Shown here in pieces: positions 10,300-23,560 of a DNA stretch of 64,000 nucleotides; position 1 is the stretch's first letter; each line of letters starts with the position of its first letter. Position numbers and translations under genes: made by a program. The notes below the pieces were generated by a model, which was not told the origin of the DNA, searched no databases, and saw nothing but the letters and a program-made list of their open reading frames with translations. The stretch lies in NCBI GenBank assembly GCA_010909165.1, contig VJWM01000209.1, positions 248,001 to 312,000 of the forward strand, written 5' to 3'. The DNA comes from Anthoceros angustus. Lineage: Eukaryota; Plantae; Anthocerotophyta.

Positions 10300-12700
10300 A
10301 GCTAAGAAGTTGCTTCCTTAGCCTTCCTTGCAGCAGTTCGGGAAGAAGGTGCTCCACCATGAACCCTTCATCACGGACCTTCTTATGCAAGATTGCTTCC
10401 ATCACCTTTTCATCACATTCCCCATCGTATCACGCCTCATGCGGAGGTTCCAGATTTGTATCCACTTCCGTCACGGTCTTTTGAGGACCCAAAGATGGAG
10501 CTGCGGTTTCACTTTCCTTCCAATAAGCTCTAAGCTTTGTCGGCCCGGTTCCATGCACGGATCCCACATACTTAATCTCTTCAAAGGTGGCTCTATCAAA
10601 CTGGCTTTGAACCTCCATGAACGCTTTTGCCCTCAAACCCAAAGCATGAATATGGCTTGTCACATTTTTCCTCGTAAGGCGAGCCACATTAGCTAGGAGC
10701 AATGACACCGTCTAGCTTGTCCTTCTCTTGTTTCAATAGAACATCCCAATACTCTCGTTTAAGGCTCTTAGGCGGTACTTGACGCAAGCTTTCTTGCCCT
10801 TCAAGAAATGCCTAGCCTCCTTCCTCAAGTTGTTCTTCCAATGCCTCAAGCCGGGCGATGTCGAGCCACAACACGTTGAAACGTCCATGGACCGATATGG
10901 TGCGCTAATTGTGCTTTCCACAAGAAGGACATCAACATCGAATGTTCCAAATCGTGATGGGTTGCATAAATGACGAATGGCGAAGTGCACCCGATCCTTC
11001 ATTGGAAACCAAGATGGCGAGTCTCGGAGAATATAGCTGCATAGGAAAAAGCATGATCGGATGGATATGAATAGGGCAATCCACGAAAAATAAGGCTGGA
11101 CATCTAAACCTAAGGACTTTCGGGCTGAAATACGGCACTGTTACCAAGGCTTGATTTACAGTCCGAGCTACAACTGTTGTAGCTTAGACCTGAATTGCCA
11201 CAAGACTACTCGGAAAAATAAGCATCACGCTTACGATTCATGCAAATGAGAAAGGAGAACCTCATCTTGTAAGTCCCAAATCCTCTTTCGTTTTCTACCG
11301 TTCCGCTTGTTGCCCTTCACCTCATCATCAAAACACACTGGAATTTCAATACCAACCCCAACATGGGCATCAACGGGAGATGCCCAAATTCGGGGACATG
11401 CTCTTGCCCTCTTGTCGGTGCATCCTCGTCCTCTCGCACAGTGTGGGATGAGCAGGATCCTTGGAGTGCTCGGGACCTGGCGTCGACCCTAGCACGGTAC
11501 TGTCCCGTTAGCAATCTCACCTTGGTTTAGGGGAGCACAAGCATTTCCTCGAATTATCACTGAGACTTCCCTCGGCTAGTGCTTTTCGAGTGCATGTCCC
11601 GCCCTTGCTAGCATGCGGACACATTTGAACCTCAAGCGATCATCGCAAAAGCGGGCGGATCTCACAGTCTTGACCTCTTCCCAACTTTGCCTCCTTGTTC
11701 CCTTGAGTGCTCGGGACCACAACGCTCGACCCTAGCACGGTACTGTCCCGTTAGCAATCTCACCGGTTTAGGGGAGCACAAGCATTTCCTCCGAATTATC
11801 ACTCGAGACTTCCCTCGCTAGTGCTTTTGAGGAGTGCATGTCCCGCCCTTGCTAGCATGCGGACACATTTGAACCTCCAATCGATCATCGCAAAACTGAC
11901 GGCGGATCTCTGCCTTGCCGACCTCTTCCCAACCCGCCTCCTTGTTCCCTTCTGGTGAGTGTGCTTTTATGCAGTAGGCTGCAAAACTCGGACTTGCAAT
12001 GTGTTCATCGCAATCGCCTTTGAGATTCCATTCCCTCGCATGGCATAGACCCATCCGGCATGTGTGCCTTCGCTCTTTGACATCCCAAAGGGATGGTCCA
12101 TATTATCAAGCGAATGGGCGTCTTCTAATGCCCACGCATCGACGCCCCAAAGCCATCTTCGTCGTCGTCATCATCTTGGATCTGTGTTTGCTCACCGCAG
12201 CCGGTCAAAACCCTCTCTCCTCGATTTTTGCGGCGCGGGTTTGTGGTCTTCGAGACACCATGCTGAGCTCACCCTTGATGCGCTTGGACCGTCTGTCCCA
12301 CCTCGAGCTGCCCTCCCAAGCCCATCCATGCCACAGTCTCAAGCTCCGTATTGTTGACCGTCCTTTTGTTGCACCTTGCGGCCGCGCTTTTGCACCCGTC
12401 CATCCTTCCCATGCCGAGTATGTTGAAGGCGCGGCTCTCTGCCTCACCGTGTGCTTGCGTCCTAGATTTCTTCACCGTCCACTTGCCTTTCGGTGTTGGG
12501 GCCCTAAAATCCTGGTAGTAGCCAAGTTCCTGTTCTTTACAACCAGCGTTGGGTCCAATGCACCATCCCCTCGCACTGTAGCCTCGACAATGCATCCCCG
12601 TATAAAGCGGTGTGCGCCGTGTCTCTGGGTCCTTCTCGGCACGACAAGCAATCTTCCTGGCTAATGGCATCTGCAACCCATTGTTGGTTGTGAAGAGCAG
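10300..12700 (-). pseudogene. Degenerate CACTA accessory (TnpA/ORF2-like) coding remnants
   Basis: Broken minus-strand ORFs inside CACTA 1 (e.g. LRHWKNNLRKEARHFLKGKKACVKYRL). The call rests mainly on position; no DDE transposase motifs were found. Confidence 0.35.
11459..11945. repeat. Tandem duplication, period ~243 bp
   Basis: cctt(g)gagtgctcgggacc...ccctagcacggtactgtcccgttagcaatctcacc occurs at ~11459 and ~11701. Confidence 0.85.
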
Positions 12701-13804
12701 CTCGAATCGAAGGCATGAGCGAACAACGCTCCAAAGAACACACGGTAAAACAACCCCTACCCCTCACCTTGACAAAGCTGCATGCATGAACCACGGCTGA
12801 TGTGTCGTTGTCGCGTTGTAAACAGCTTACTCAAGCTGGAGCGAGGTTTCATGACACTCATTGTTTTTGAACACGGTAGGTTCTATGCGGCAACTTTGCC
12901 GCTAGTATTCAAGTCCAAATCGCTTGCATGGTGCTCTTGTAATGTGAACACGGTAGACGTAATTACCGCATTTCCAACCATTTATAGCCAATTACTTCCT
13001 TGGTTTGGTAAACCACGATATGGTAAACCAGGTTTCGAGACCCAAAACCCAAGGACATATTACTTTGAATGAAAGTGTCCTTGGTTTGACAGTTCTGATT
13101 AACGGGTTTGAGCTCAAACACTGTAAACCAGGTTAACCTATAAACCCGGATTACGAAAACAAGGACACTTTTGAAAACCCAGTTTCATTCGTCGAGATTT
13201 CATCAAGGACACATTGTCATTTTGTCGAGATTTCGTCAAGGATTCCGATTGACCACTTGAGTTGATGTCGAGTTTTGGGACTTGTCATTTGAACATGACT
13301 TCCGGCGGTGCACTTGACATGCGAATTTGAACTCGATGCGCCCTGCGTGGCGACCATCCATTTGTCGATTGGCAATATAAGGAGGCCTGACCTCAAGGCA
13401 CTCAATGGTTTCGATTTGCCTTGTGACCGATTCCTCAGGCGGTTTGCGATCAAAGCTATTATGCAGTTTGCCATTGAAGTTTGTCTTGTGCTTTCTTGGC
13501 CTTTGATTTTCTTTGCGTCGCAACTCTGGGTGATGATAACACTTTGTCAACACTTGGTTTGTAGCGAGCTTCCGGTGAGTCGGTTGTGAAGAAGCAGAGC
13601 GGCCAAGCTATGGCTTTCAACACCGGACATGGTATTCCGATTTTGAGGACGAGAAAGGCCAATCCTAATTGAGCCCGACTCCTTTCTCACAAGTACTTGT
13701 GGCGTCATGCGGCTGGTGTATAAGCACCTTGACAAGCTAGGCGCGTGCATAAGGAGGTGCAGAGGTTTGCCCAGTGACGGATGTTCGGAAGGGAGGCGGT
13801 GGAT

Positions 13805-16155
13805 GGACTCGGAGGATTTCCAGTTACCACCTTCTTGTGGCGAGTGGAGAAGGCGTGGGCATTGAGGAGAATGGAATTGAGCGTGTAATTGGAGGGTGAG
13901 GCGGCGCGTGCAAGCGGGGACCCTCACGCATCCGCATCGGCCCAGAGTTGGGATTAAAGAACCATGTAATGCCCTGTTGGTTATGGGCATTAGAGAAATG
14001 GTTTTGATGACCAATGCAAACGAGGAGCAGTGTAATGTCTCCTAATAAAGTCATCATCTCTCATTCCAATAAATCGTGCCAATACCCTTGACCTCGTTGT
14101 AAACTCATCCTCCTTAGTAACTTGTTGTTGTAAGGTTTGTATGCACATGTTGTAAACGCCCCATTGTAAAACCTAACGTCCGTTGTAAACCACCGTTGTA
14201 ACGGACTATGATCCGTTGTAAAACCCTAATCGTTGTAAACCACACTTGGCGGTTTTACAACTGATAGTAATATGAACATCTAATTTTGAAAAGTCCTAGC
14301 TAAAATCGGTTTGTGTTGTAACCCGGAAGAGCCCTCGTTGTAAAATCGCTTTCGTTATGCCACGTCATATGAAAACCCGTGGCTAAAATCCCCCATAGTA
14401 AATCACGAACCTCGTAGTAAAGCGAATGGCTATCGTGAAAATAATACTTGAACCATGAACTTTTCGTTGTAAAATGAAACTTGCGAAATCTCTCCTCGCT
14501 CTAAAAATAGCCCTTTGGTAAAGACCCGTTTTCCTAGTAGTGTCTATGAACTTTGGGAGCTCTTGGCCCCTCTCGGACATCATGTGCCATTCGTTGCTTC
14601 GGCGCGCACTTGTTGACCTTCCCACCCCGCCGTCCTCCACGCTGATTGCCAGCACTCTCAATCCCTTCCCTCTTTTTCCTCGATTGTCTACCCGCAACTG
14701 GACTGACGGCTTGAACCCTTCGAGTGCCATGGACAGACCCAAATCCCCGGTCCGTTGCATCCACCTCTGCCCCATCGTCATCTTCCACGTCTTCGTCGTC
14801 GGGGCCTGGATATGATCCACCGGCCTCTGGGCCATCGGCCAGAATGCCATCGCCAAACCCCTCATTGTCCTGGTCCCCACCCGCATCCTCATCTTCGTCT
14901 TCGTCGGCTAGAGAGGTTAGGGTGACATCATCACAGCGGCCATGGGCTAGGAAAAACCCGCGGCTCGGAGTGTGGGCGGACTGTTGCTTGGACTCGGAGG
15001 ATTTCCCTACCACCTTCTTGTGGCGGTGGAGAAGGCGTGGGCATTGAGGAGAATGGAATTGAGCGTGTAATTGGAGGGTGAGGCGGCGTGTGGCGGGGAC
15101 CCTCACGCATCCGCATCACCGTAGAGTTGGGATTAAAGAACCATGTAATGCCCTGGTTATGGGCATTAGAGAAATGGTTTTGATGACCAATGCAAACGAG
15201 GAGCCAGTGTAATGTCTCCTAATAAAGTCATCATCTCTCATTCCAATAAATCGCCAATACCCTTGACCTCGTTGTAAACTCATCCTCCTTAGTAACTTGT
15301 TGTAAGGTTTGTATGCATGTTGTAAACGCCCCATTGTAAAACCTAACGTCCGTTGTAAACCACGCACCGTTGTAACGGACTATGATCCGTTGTAAAACCC
15401 TAATCGTTGTAAACCACACTTGGGCGGTTTTACATGGTAAATAATCGAACATCTAATTTTGAAAAGTCCTAGCTAAAATCGGTTTGTGTTGTAACGGAAG
15501 AGCCCTCGTTGTAAAATCGCTTTCGTTATGCCACGTCATATGAAAACCCGTGGCTAAAATCCCCCATAGTAAATCACGAACCTCGTAGTAAATCGAATGG
15601 CTATACGTGAAAATAATACTTGAACCATGAACACTCGTTGTAAAATGAAACTTGCCTGAAATCTCTCCTCGCTCTAAAAAATAGCCACTGGTAAAAGACC
15701 CGTTTTCCTAGTAGTGTCTATGAACTTTGGGAGCTCTTCTGGCCCCTCTCGGACATCATGTGCCATTCGTTGCTTCGCCGCGCACTTGTTGACCTTCCCA
15801 CCCCGCCGTCCTCCACGCGATTGCGGCCTCTCAATCCCTTCCTCTTTTTCCTCGATTGTCTACCATAGGCGGGTGGCTTGAACCCTTCGAGTGCCATGGG
15901 CAGACCCAAATCCGTTGCATCCACCTCGCCCCATCGTCATCTTCCACGTCTTCGTCGGGGGCTGGATATGATCCACCGGCCTCTGGGCCATCAGCCAGAA
16001 TGCCATCGCCAAACCCCTCATTGTCCTCGGTCCCCACCCGCATCCTCATCTTCGCCGTCTTTGTCGGCTAGAGAGGTTAGGGTGACATCATTGCAGCGGC
16101 CATGGGCTAGGAAAAACCCGGCTCGGAGTGTGGGCGGACTGTTGCTTGGACTCGA
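13805..16155. repeat. Tandem duplication, period ~1174 bp, giving a second CACTA 1 right end at 15716
   Basis: GACCCGTTTTCCTAGTAGTG|TCT occurs at 14542 and 15716. Junction microhomology ggactcg. Confidence 0.9.
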
Positions 16156-18471
16156 AGCCGGACGTCCGTGGCTGCAACCCTCTTACCGGAGCTTTCATTT
16201 CGCAAACTAGTTCTTTGAAAGCGTGTCCATGAATTATATTTTGTGCCACCACCTTTTGTTGCGTTTCATGGCGCAGATCATGCATATCGATGGCGGTTGC
16301 CAACGATCTGCCTGCAGGCAGATGGATTTGCCTGCTCCCATTCCGGGCACTAGGAGTTGCCATTTGATTTCCACTCGGCGCAGATGCCATGCTAGGGGCC
16401 TTCTCTGCAACAGTATGCCCTTTCGATGTAAGCAATGCATCATCCTGCACAGCTTCTAAACATTGCTGGTGCAAAGCCTCGTGGAAGACACGATGTCCAT
16501 CACCGTGTCGCAATGCCTCCAAAAGTCTTGCCTTTTCCGCTCTGGTTGGCACGCCACAATGTCAAAGTTCTTCACCGCAGTATACTCTAATCCATTGCGG
16601 GTCCGACGAAGAGGCTCCTTGTGCTTGAGCCGATCGAATATGACGACACCGCTCATCCTTCATGATCGATCGTGAAAACAATCGCCTCGCACATTTCTTT
16701 TGGCTGGTGTGGTTCGCATCATCCTCCATCGACACATACAAGAAGAGCAAGTCTTGATTGGGTCATTTGTTGCCAACGACACTGCGATGGATTTGCTGAT
16801 CCCATTCCGGGCACTAGGAGTTGCCATTTGATTTCCACTCGGCGCAGATGCCATGCTAGGGGCCTTCTCTGCAACAGTATGCCCTTTCGATGTAAGCAAT
16901 GCATCATCCCGCACACCTTCTAAACATTGCTGGTGCAAAGCCTTGTGGAAGACACGATGTCCATCACCGTGTCGCAATGCCTCCAAAAGTTCTTGCCTTT
17001 TCCGCTCTGGTTGGCACGCCACAATGTCAAAGTTCTTCACCGCAGCACTGTACACTCTAATCCATTGCGGGTCCAGACGAAGAGGCTCCTTGTGCTTGAG
17101 CCGATCGAATATGACGACACCGCTCATCCTTCATGATCGATCGTGAAAACAATCGCCTCGCACATTTCTTTTGGCTGGTGTGGTTCGCATCATCCTCCAT
17201 CGACACATACAAGAAGAGCAAGTCTTGATTGGGTCATTTGTTGCCAACGACACTGCGATGGATTTGCTGATCCCATTAGGGCACTAGGAGTTGCCATTTG
17301 ATTTCCACTCGGCGCGAGATGCCATGCTAGGGGCCTTCTCGCAGCAGATGCCCTTTCGATGTAAGCAATGCATCATCCCGCACACCTTCTAAACATTGCT
17401 GGTGCAAAGCCTTGTGGAAGACACGATGTCCATCACCGTGTCGCAATGCCTCCAAAAGTTCTTGCCTTTTCCGCTCTGGTTGGCACACAATGTCAAAGTT
17501 CTTCACCGCAGACCTTGTACTCTAATCCATTGCGGGTCCGACGAAGAGGCTCCTTGTGCTTGAGCCGGATCGCAATATAGCGTACACGCTCATCCTTCAT
17601 GATCGATCGCGTGAAAACAAGCGCTCCCGCACATTTCTTTTGGCTGGTGTGGTTCGCATCATCCTCCATCGACACATACAAGAAGAGCAAGTCTTGATTG
17701 GGTCATTGCCTTATCCAACTTCTCTTTGTAATGTCAAATGGCGAGATCATCTTGTACATCGGTGGATCAAGTCAATATCGGACCGCTTGTAAGGACTCGG
17801 AAAGATGCCTTGGTCGGCGGATGCTCTTGTGGAAAGACCCGCATCGGTGGCGCATTTGAGTTGTCCTTGGAGTCCGGGGTCAGTGCAGGCTCGTCGCCTC
17901 GTTCAAGGCACGTGAGTCTGCCTTGTCGCGCCTTTTTTTCTCCACCGGGCGTCCTGCGATTTGTTGGAGTCATTCTTCCGCTTGAGCCCTTGGAGGAGCC
18001 ATTACAGATGCAACTATGAAAGAAGTGAGATCACGAAGTGTTTAGATTGTTAAAAGGCGATACATGAGCTGCAACTTCTCGAACACGGGATGCCTGCAAG
18101 CGGGAGTTGTGAGTTGATGCTCACAGACGACTAGCCCACCGCACCCTCGAGCAACAGCTGCAGCCGATGAGGAGGTCGTGTCACGATATCTGCATCGCCC
18201 GCCGATGGACAAAGTGCGGGTGAGTGTGAGAACGACCCGTTTTCTCGGTCGGCAATCTCTTGCTTTTCCCCCACACATAAGCTAGATGGAAATACACATC
18301 TTCCCGCCAAAGCGAGAATGAATCTATACCATCCGAAAGGGGAAGGTGGGGTGTTGTGCCTTCATGAAGGAAGACACAGGCGGTGCTCGTAATCAAGCAA
18401 CTCCTTAAATGCTTTTTATCGGCGGGTGTTTTGCCATTGTCGGCTAATGTGGCAAATGCAAATTTGAGCAT
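16150..18471 (-). pseudogene. Cys/His-rich accessory ORF of the large TIR element, upstream of and co-oriented with ParB-MTase; family unknown
   Basis: Fragments such as YFHLAYVWGKSKRLPTEKTGRSHTHPHFVH, LLIGCSCCSR, WHLRRVEIKWQLLVPG and ICMICAMKRNKRWWHK. No family recognised. Confidence 0.3.
16297..17705. repeat. Three tandem copies of a ~470-bp unit
   Basis: cccatt(cc)gggcactaggagttgccatttgatttccactcggcg recurs at ~16340, ~16801 and ~17271. Junctions share ttgcc. Confidence 0.9.
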
Positions 18472-18899
18472 ATTCTAAGGTATATGCTAGTTATGCCAGC
18501 TAAAATAGTGTTCGGTGGCATAACGATGGGCACCTAGAGTGATTCAAAGATCCACCGACTAGCGGTACGCCGTTTCCTACCAAAAGTGGGCACCTCGACT
18601 TCATTGCCGGCATTTAGTGCGAAGGCTTATTTCCCCAGGTGTATCGAGTCTTGCGCATCCACTTCTCATCCACCTTGCGCATCCCTCCTCCTCCTCCCTG
18701 GGCGTCACGCGCCTCCGTGAGAGCAATGGCCAACGCAGCGACGCGGGCGGCGTGTTCGATTTTGCAAATTTCGGGGCGGTCGGATGCATGTCATTCCGAA
18801 CGGGTGGCCATGAGTCGGCGACTCAATTGTTGATCTCGGGGCGGATGCACAACCCCGTCGTAGTTTTAGAGGATGATTCACGAGGCTATGGCGGCGCGT

Positions 18900-21800
18900 C
18901 GGAGCATAGTCCTTGAAGAGACACCGTGAAAGCAGACTTCACAACGGTGGAGAGCGATGGCGATGTGCGTGTTCCGGATATGGAGGAGCGGAGGATATGG
19001 TTGCCGATGGGGACCTTTTTCATGCGATCCGGAGTACGATGCGGGCGGAGAGGATCGCACAAGAAGAACTCGTGCAGACGTTTAACCGGATGTCCGGTGC
19101 TCGACGCAGACGCCGCGACGCAGGGCCCGACCGTGTGCCACCACGAGAGGCAGCACCTGGCACCATCCATCCGGACTTCTTCAGATCACCAGTGGCGAAG
19201 CGCATCGCGAAGATGTACCTCGCTGGCGCATTTGGGCAGAAACCCCGGATAACACCCGGACGCCCTGCCGGCGACAAGGTCGGCCCTCCGGCGGATGCTG
19301 TGGGCGGGTCCCAGGAATACTATCGAGAATGTGCTACACCAGGCAGGAACACTGGGCAAGACTCTGATGTGGAGAGTGTTGCAGAGTCTCTGGACTTTGG
19401 TGAGAAGATCCACAGCATTGTTGATTTTGGGCTTGGCTTGGAAACAATATCGCACGCGGTGATGGCGGAGTTGCAAATCTTGGGAGTCGTCCAAGAGCTA
19501 ATGTGGTCCGTGGTCCCGGATCTTTGTTTGGTGATTGTGATGCCATCCGGTTGGAGTTGCACGAGATGATGCCTCGCACATCCGCCAAAGGTGAGGATTT
19601 GCGTGCAACGAGCTGCAGCGTTGCCAGCGTAAAGTACCTCCGGCGAGCTAGAATGGATTTGGTCTTAGAGAAGCATTGTTCGGGCCAAGTTGTGCGTGCT
19701 TTAAAGCGGCATTGTTGTGACAAAAATGTTTAGGCGTGTTGGCCATTCAAATTGAAGGTGATTCGTGTAGCATTCTTCCGCATGACAAAAGGAGGCGAGG
19801 AGCATTTGCAAGACCATCGGATCGATCGAAGGCGAAGAGGAGTTGTTGCCCATAGTATGGATAAACCGGATTCCACATGGGAAGAAAGCGTGTGTGTGAG
19901 GGCTTTTCGCCGGGTTTTACGCATTGGGTCACTAAGATACAAGAATGCGCAAACCAGGGTAGTGAAAAATGTTAGATGGACCGTAGGCTACGGTCGCAAA
20001 GCAGCCAACGCCATATGGATTACACGTCATGTGGATGGGCGTTTTCTTCAAAGGTCGGAAAGATCGCGAATCGGAAGTCTTCAACTTGCCGACTCGTACG
20101 AAGAGGAGATCTTCATTGAGTATGCGGTGAGCGGTCTCCACGTTTATTCTGACTACTTTTGCAAGCTTTGGATGAAGTATTTCCTTTAAAATACCACGGT
20201 GCGGTTTTCGATCTGTTGCGATGACCTAAAGAGGAAAATAAAAGACGCGGTCGGACCACGTACAAGGTGAGATGGCGGTCCTTATTCCAGCGGTCACGGA
20301 TGTCCCGAACTTTGGCGCAACCCCATGGCCTCATACCCTTTTCTTGCGAATGAAGGCGGGGCTTGAAACAAACCGTGTGCACATTGCTGACGACCTTGTT
20401 GTTGCGTGTGCAGACAAGAATGTGGAGCTGCTCAGACTCCACCGGGAACAACAACAGAAGGAGCGCGAAAATGGCGCACCGCACAAGTGCTTGGGCGGCT
20501 AAGTTCATTGGTATTGCCATAGATGGTATGGACCAAAAACAGAGTTGCCCCATTACAGATTGCCAAAGACGGTTGATTCGGAGCCCTTGTCGGGCTTCAC
20601 GTTCTAGGTGTCTGGTGTTCAACTACTTGGTGCGCACAGTGTATTTGAGTTTCCGAATGTGAGAAATGATCCGAATGGGCTTGGCCGTGATTGACATGTT
20701 ATCAATACAGGAGGGCCGCTCCCCTATTCTATACTTGCGGATGGACAACATGCTCAAAACAAGAATCGGAGGTATTGGCATATCATCCATGCTTGTGGCG
20801 AAAGGTATCTTCAAAAATCAAGGTGGGGTTTCTTCTTGTTGGCCATACCCACGATCGATTGACCAAATGTTTTCGAGGTTCTCGGTTGTGCTAGGGTTGA
20901 AGGATGCTTTCACTCGAAATGATAGGGTTCTTTGGAGCGGGCGTACACCCCATCACCGCAGATTCACATACTGAAGGAGGTGTCAGACTTCAAGACCTAT
21001 CTATGGCCGAAAGGGGGATCGTCTGCAACGTATGACTTGCATAATCACAGTTTTCAACACCAGTTCAAAATAACAAGGGAGAAGCTGCTATCAGGAGAGG
21101 ACGTGATTGTGCTAAGATGTAAGGAGTTTTCAAGTTCTGATCACTGGTCGCCGGAGGGTGGTGTGCAGCTATTACGTTCAGGGGTGCCCACACGGGTGAT
21201 TGTGGCAGCTCCATTGTTGCCGTTGGTTCCATCACACGCCCAAGGTAAAGGAAAGGGACATGCAAAACGGAAGGATGCCCCTGATGTCCGTGTCAATGAC
21301 GATAGTCTCCAAGGCGGTAGTGGTAGTGTAGTGGCGGAGTCCATGAAGTAAAAGCGGGCCTAGAACGCACGCGACATATGAATGTGGAGCAACTATCATG
21401 GTGGGATACGTTGGGATGAGCAGTAGCAATAGCCGAGACTAGCGGTGGCATTCCATTCCCGTTGGAGACAGAATGGTCTTGGTACACTCGCGATGAAGAA
21501 AACGAGGTACCACTGTAGACCCTCCGGACTCAACTTTGGTTGATCCCGCAATGGCGACGGATTTTTGGACATGGTGGAGGTGTACAGGGCACATCGGTGC
21601 GGAGGGAGGGCAAGGCGAGGCTCAGTCGAGGTTGTGTGAAGGAGATTGAGGAGGGAATGATGGTTGCTGTCAAGCCGGGATGATCCAGGGCGAGACCATT
21701 CGGCTCGCAAAAGTGGTGGAGGTGGACCATGATCGGGGTCCCTTTCATGATAGTTCATTGGTGGCGGACGGAGAACAATGATGCATTCGAGGAAGGTACA

Positions 21801-22100
21801 TGGAGGAGTTTGTGATACTGGGCGCCCACGGTCGAGGGAAAAAGTGCGGCGATCAAAGAATGGAGGCGAGGGCGTCGGAGAAGCATTTGCAAAGCCTCAA
21901 CTTCCGAGACAATGTGCTGGCCTATGATTTGTGACAAGGAACAAGAGGCGTTGCGAGGGCGACAATGAAGCGATAAAGACCAAAGTCTTTGAGTTGCGGT
22001 CGAGCCGGTGATGAACCGGCGAGACTTCCGCCCGGTGACACGAATGTCATGCCCAAGACATGATTGACTCGGAAGACCTCGACAATGTGGAATCAACGGA
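18900..22100 (+). pseudogene. DDD/E-type transposase of the large TIR element (Sola-like motif set; superfamily unverified), frameshifted
   Basis: FIGIAIDGMDQK (D at 20522), ILYLRMDN (D at 20744), IKVGFLLVGHTHD/IDQMFSRFS (20820-20880), TPSPQIHILKEVSDFKTYL and HNHSFQHQFKI. A C-terminal GMMVAVK..LAKVVEV..VHWW segment follows near 21650-21780. Confidence 0.7.
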
Positions 22101-22399
22101 TGAGTCCACGACGTGGTGGTGGACCGGTGGATGGTCCGGACTCGGAGAGGAGCCGGACGAGGCAACCTAATATTGTCAACTTTCCGTTCCTTGTACCAGA
22201 CGTTATGTCCCCTCGGGCTTGAATGCGATGGATTGTTTTCGTCTTTTCGTGGAAAGGTTTAACGACTTGCCATCGGCATCATCTGTTGTAGGAAGTTGAC
22301 GGTGTGATAATGTCCGGAGCATGTAAGCGGCGACTATGTCGAAACCGATCCCAATGTGGTGCTCTAATTTTCTAACAATGTTCGGTGGTTTTGTCCGAT

Positions 22400-23560
22400 T
22401 GAGAGTAGCAGCGCGAGGTTTCAATGGTGATCATGCAGTCATCTATGTTCGACCTTGCGGTGTGGCGAAGTGTTCCCGAGGATGGTCACGCCCACGGATG
22501 TCCGTGGCAAGGTATGTATGCCGCAGCAAGTGCGCAATGTTTGTTTTTCGGTTCTAGTTGGGACCGCCCCTAATGACTATGGGGTGGAACGGACGGGGTC
22601 CAGTGGTGGCCGCTCAGCGAACGGACGCACACCAGCGAAACGGTGAGTACACGAGACGGGCTCAAAAGCAGCGTCTTCCTCCACTGCTTCCACCGCCAGA
22701 GGTTGTCTTCCACCTCCTTTGTGGTTTGTGCACGCGCTCATCCCTCCTCCTCCGGAGAGCCGTCCTCACGCCATGCTCCTCCACCTCCTTCCGACCTCTG
22801 TCGGGTTTTGCCTGTTATTCCCCTCCTCCTTACGTCCCATCCATCCAACCTTCCTTGAACTAACCTTGTTGTTTGCAGCCCTTCGGATGAGGACTCGCAG
22901 AGGTGGCTACGAGTCACCACCTCGTATCACAAGGGAGGATGTGGAGGCAAAGCGAGCGCGGCGGAGAAGGATGGAAGTTGCCCATCCAGGACTTGTGTGG
23001 AGGCCATTTGGGTCTCCGGTGTGCGTGGGCGGGGAAAGACAGTATGGCTGGCCATCTCCTTCCATGCGAGGGTGGCGGTGGCATCGTAGATTTTCCGGAT
23101 CTTTGCGGTAGGAAAAGCCAAGGGGGCTGGAAGAGGACTATAGGATAGCGAAGGAGGGGTTCCTGGAGGCGAAACGAAGGGTGCAGCAACTCCAGCACAG
23201 CGTCGCAGAGGAAGGAGGGGTGAAGGAAGAGCCTGAGGACCTGTCCCGGTCCCAGCAATTGTTTAGAGCTTCCCGTGACCTTGCAGCTGCCCGTGAGTCC
23301 ATGCAACAGCTTACGCGAATGAAGGTTGCTGCAGAGGAGGCCGCTGTCGCACTGGGAGCGGGGAGCTGGGTGGAAGTGAAGGAGGAGGCAGGTAAGCACT
23401 TACCTCTGTTACCTTTTCGCTTGAGAGTTGAGCATGGTTGTCGCTGCATGCACTAACGGGCTGTTCATTGTGGCAGAGACAGGCTGATGGGGACACCCTT
23501 GGCAAAACTGGAGGAGCACTGTTGGAGATAGGAGCGTGAAGTGGGTTACCTAGGTTTTTT
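22400..23560 (+). pseudogene. Possible spliced accessory ORF with a coiled-coil region near the right TIR
   Basis: LEEDYRIAKEGFLEAKRRVQQLQ...LAAARESMQQLTRMKVAAEEAA. Plausible splice sites at ~22877 (tttgcag) and ~23391 (gtaagc). Confidence 0.3.

Larger units (their letters stand above)
9326..14542. mobile_element. CACTA (En/Spm) element 1, apparently non-autonomous, inserted in the ParB-MTase ORF
   Basis: Ends CACTACTAGGAAAACGGGTC ... GACCCGTTTTCCTAGTAGTG with a 3-bp TSD TCT on both sides. Dense CGTTGTAAA-type subterminal repeats at 9340-10010 and 14090-14540. Excision rejoins the minus-strand frame PKFI|EKAKDAVRATM. Confidence 0.95.

Noticed and set aside
12960-13215. Cluster of AAACC/CAAGGACAC direct and inverted motifs as a nested MITE
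   Set aside because: No paired termini with a TSD could be defined.
16297-17705. Regularly spaced repeats as a CRISPR-like or satellite array
   Set aside because: The units are ~470 bp, contiguous, with no unique spacers; this is a simple tandem triplication.
22440-22545. CGVAKCSRGW...CRSKC as a PHD finger
   Set aside because: The Cys/His spacing is incomplete and needs several assumed frameshifts.
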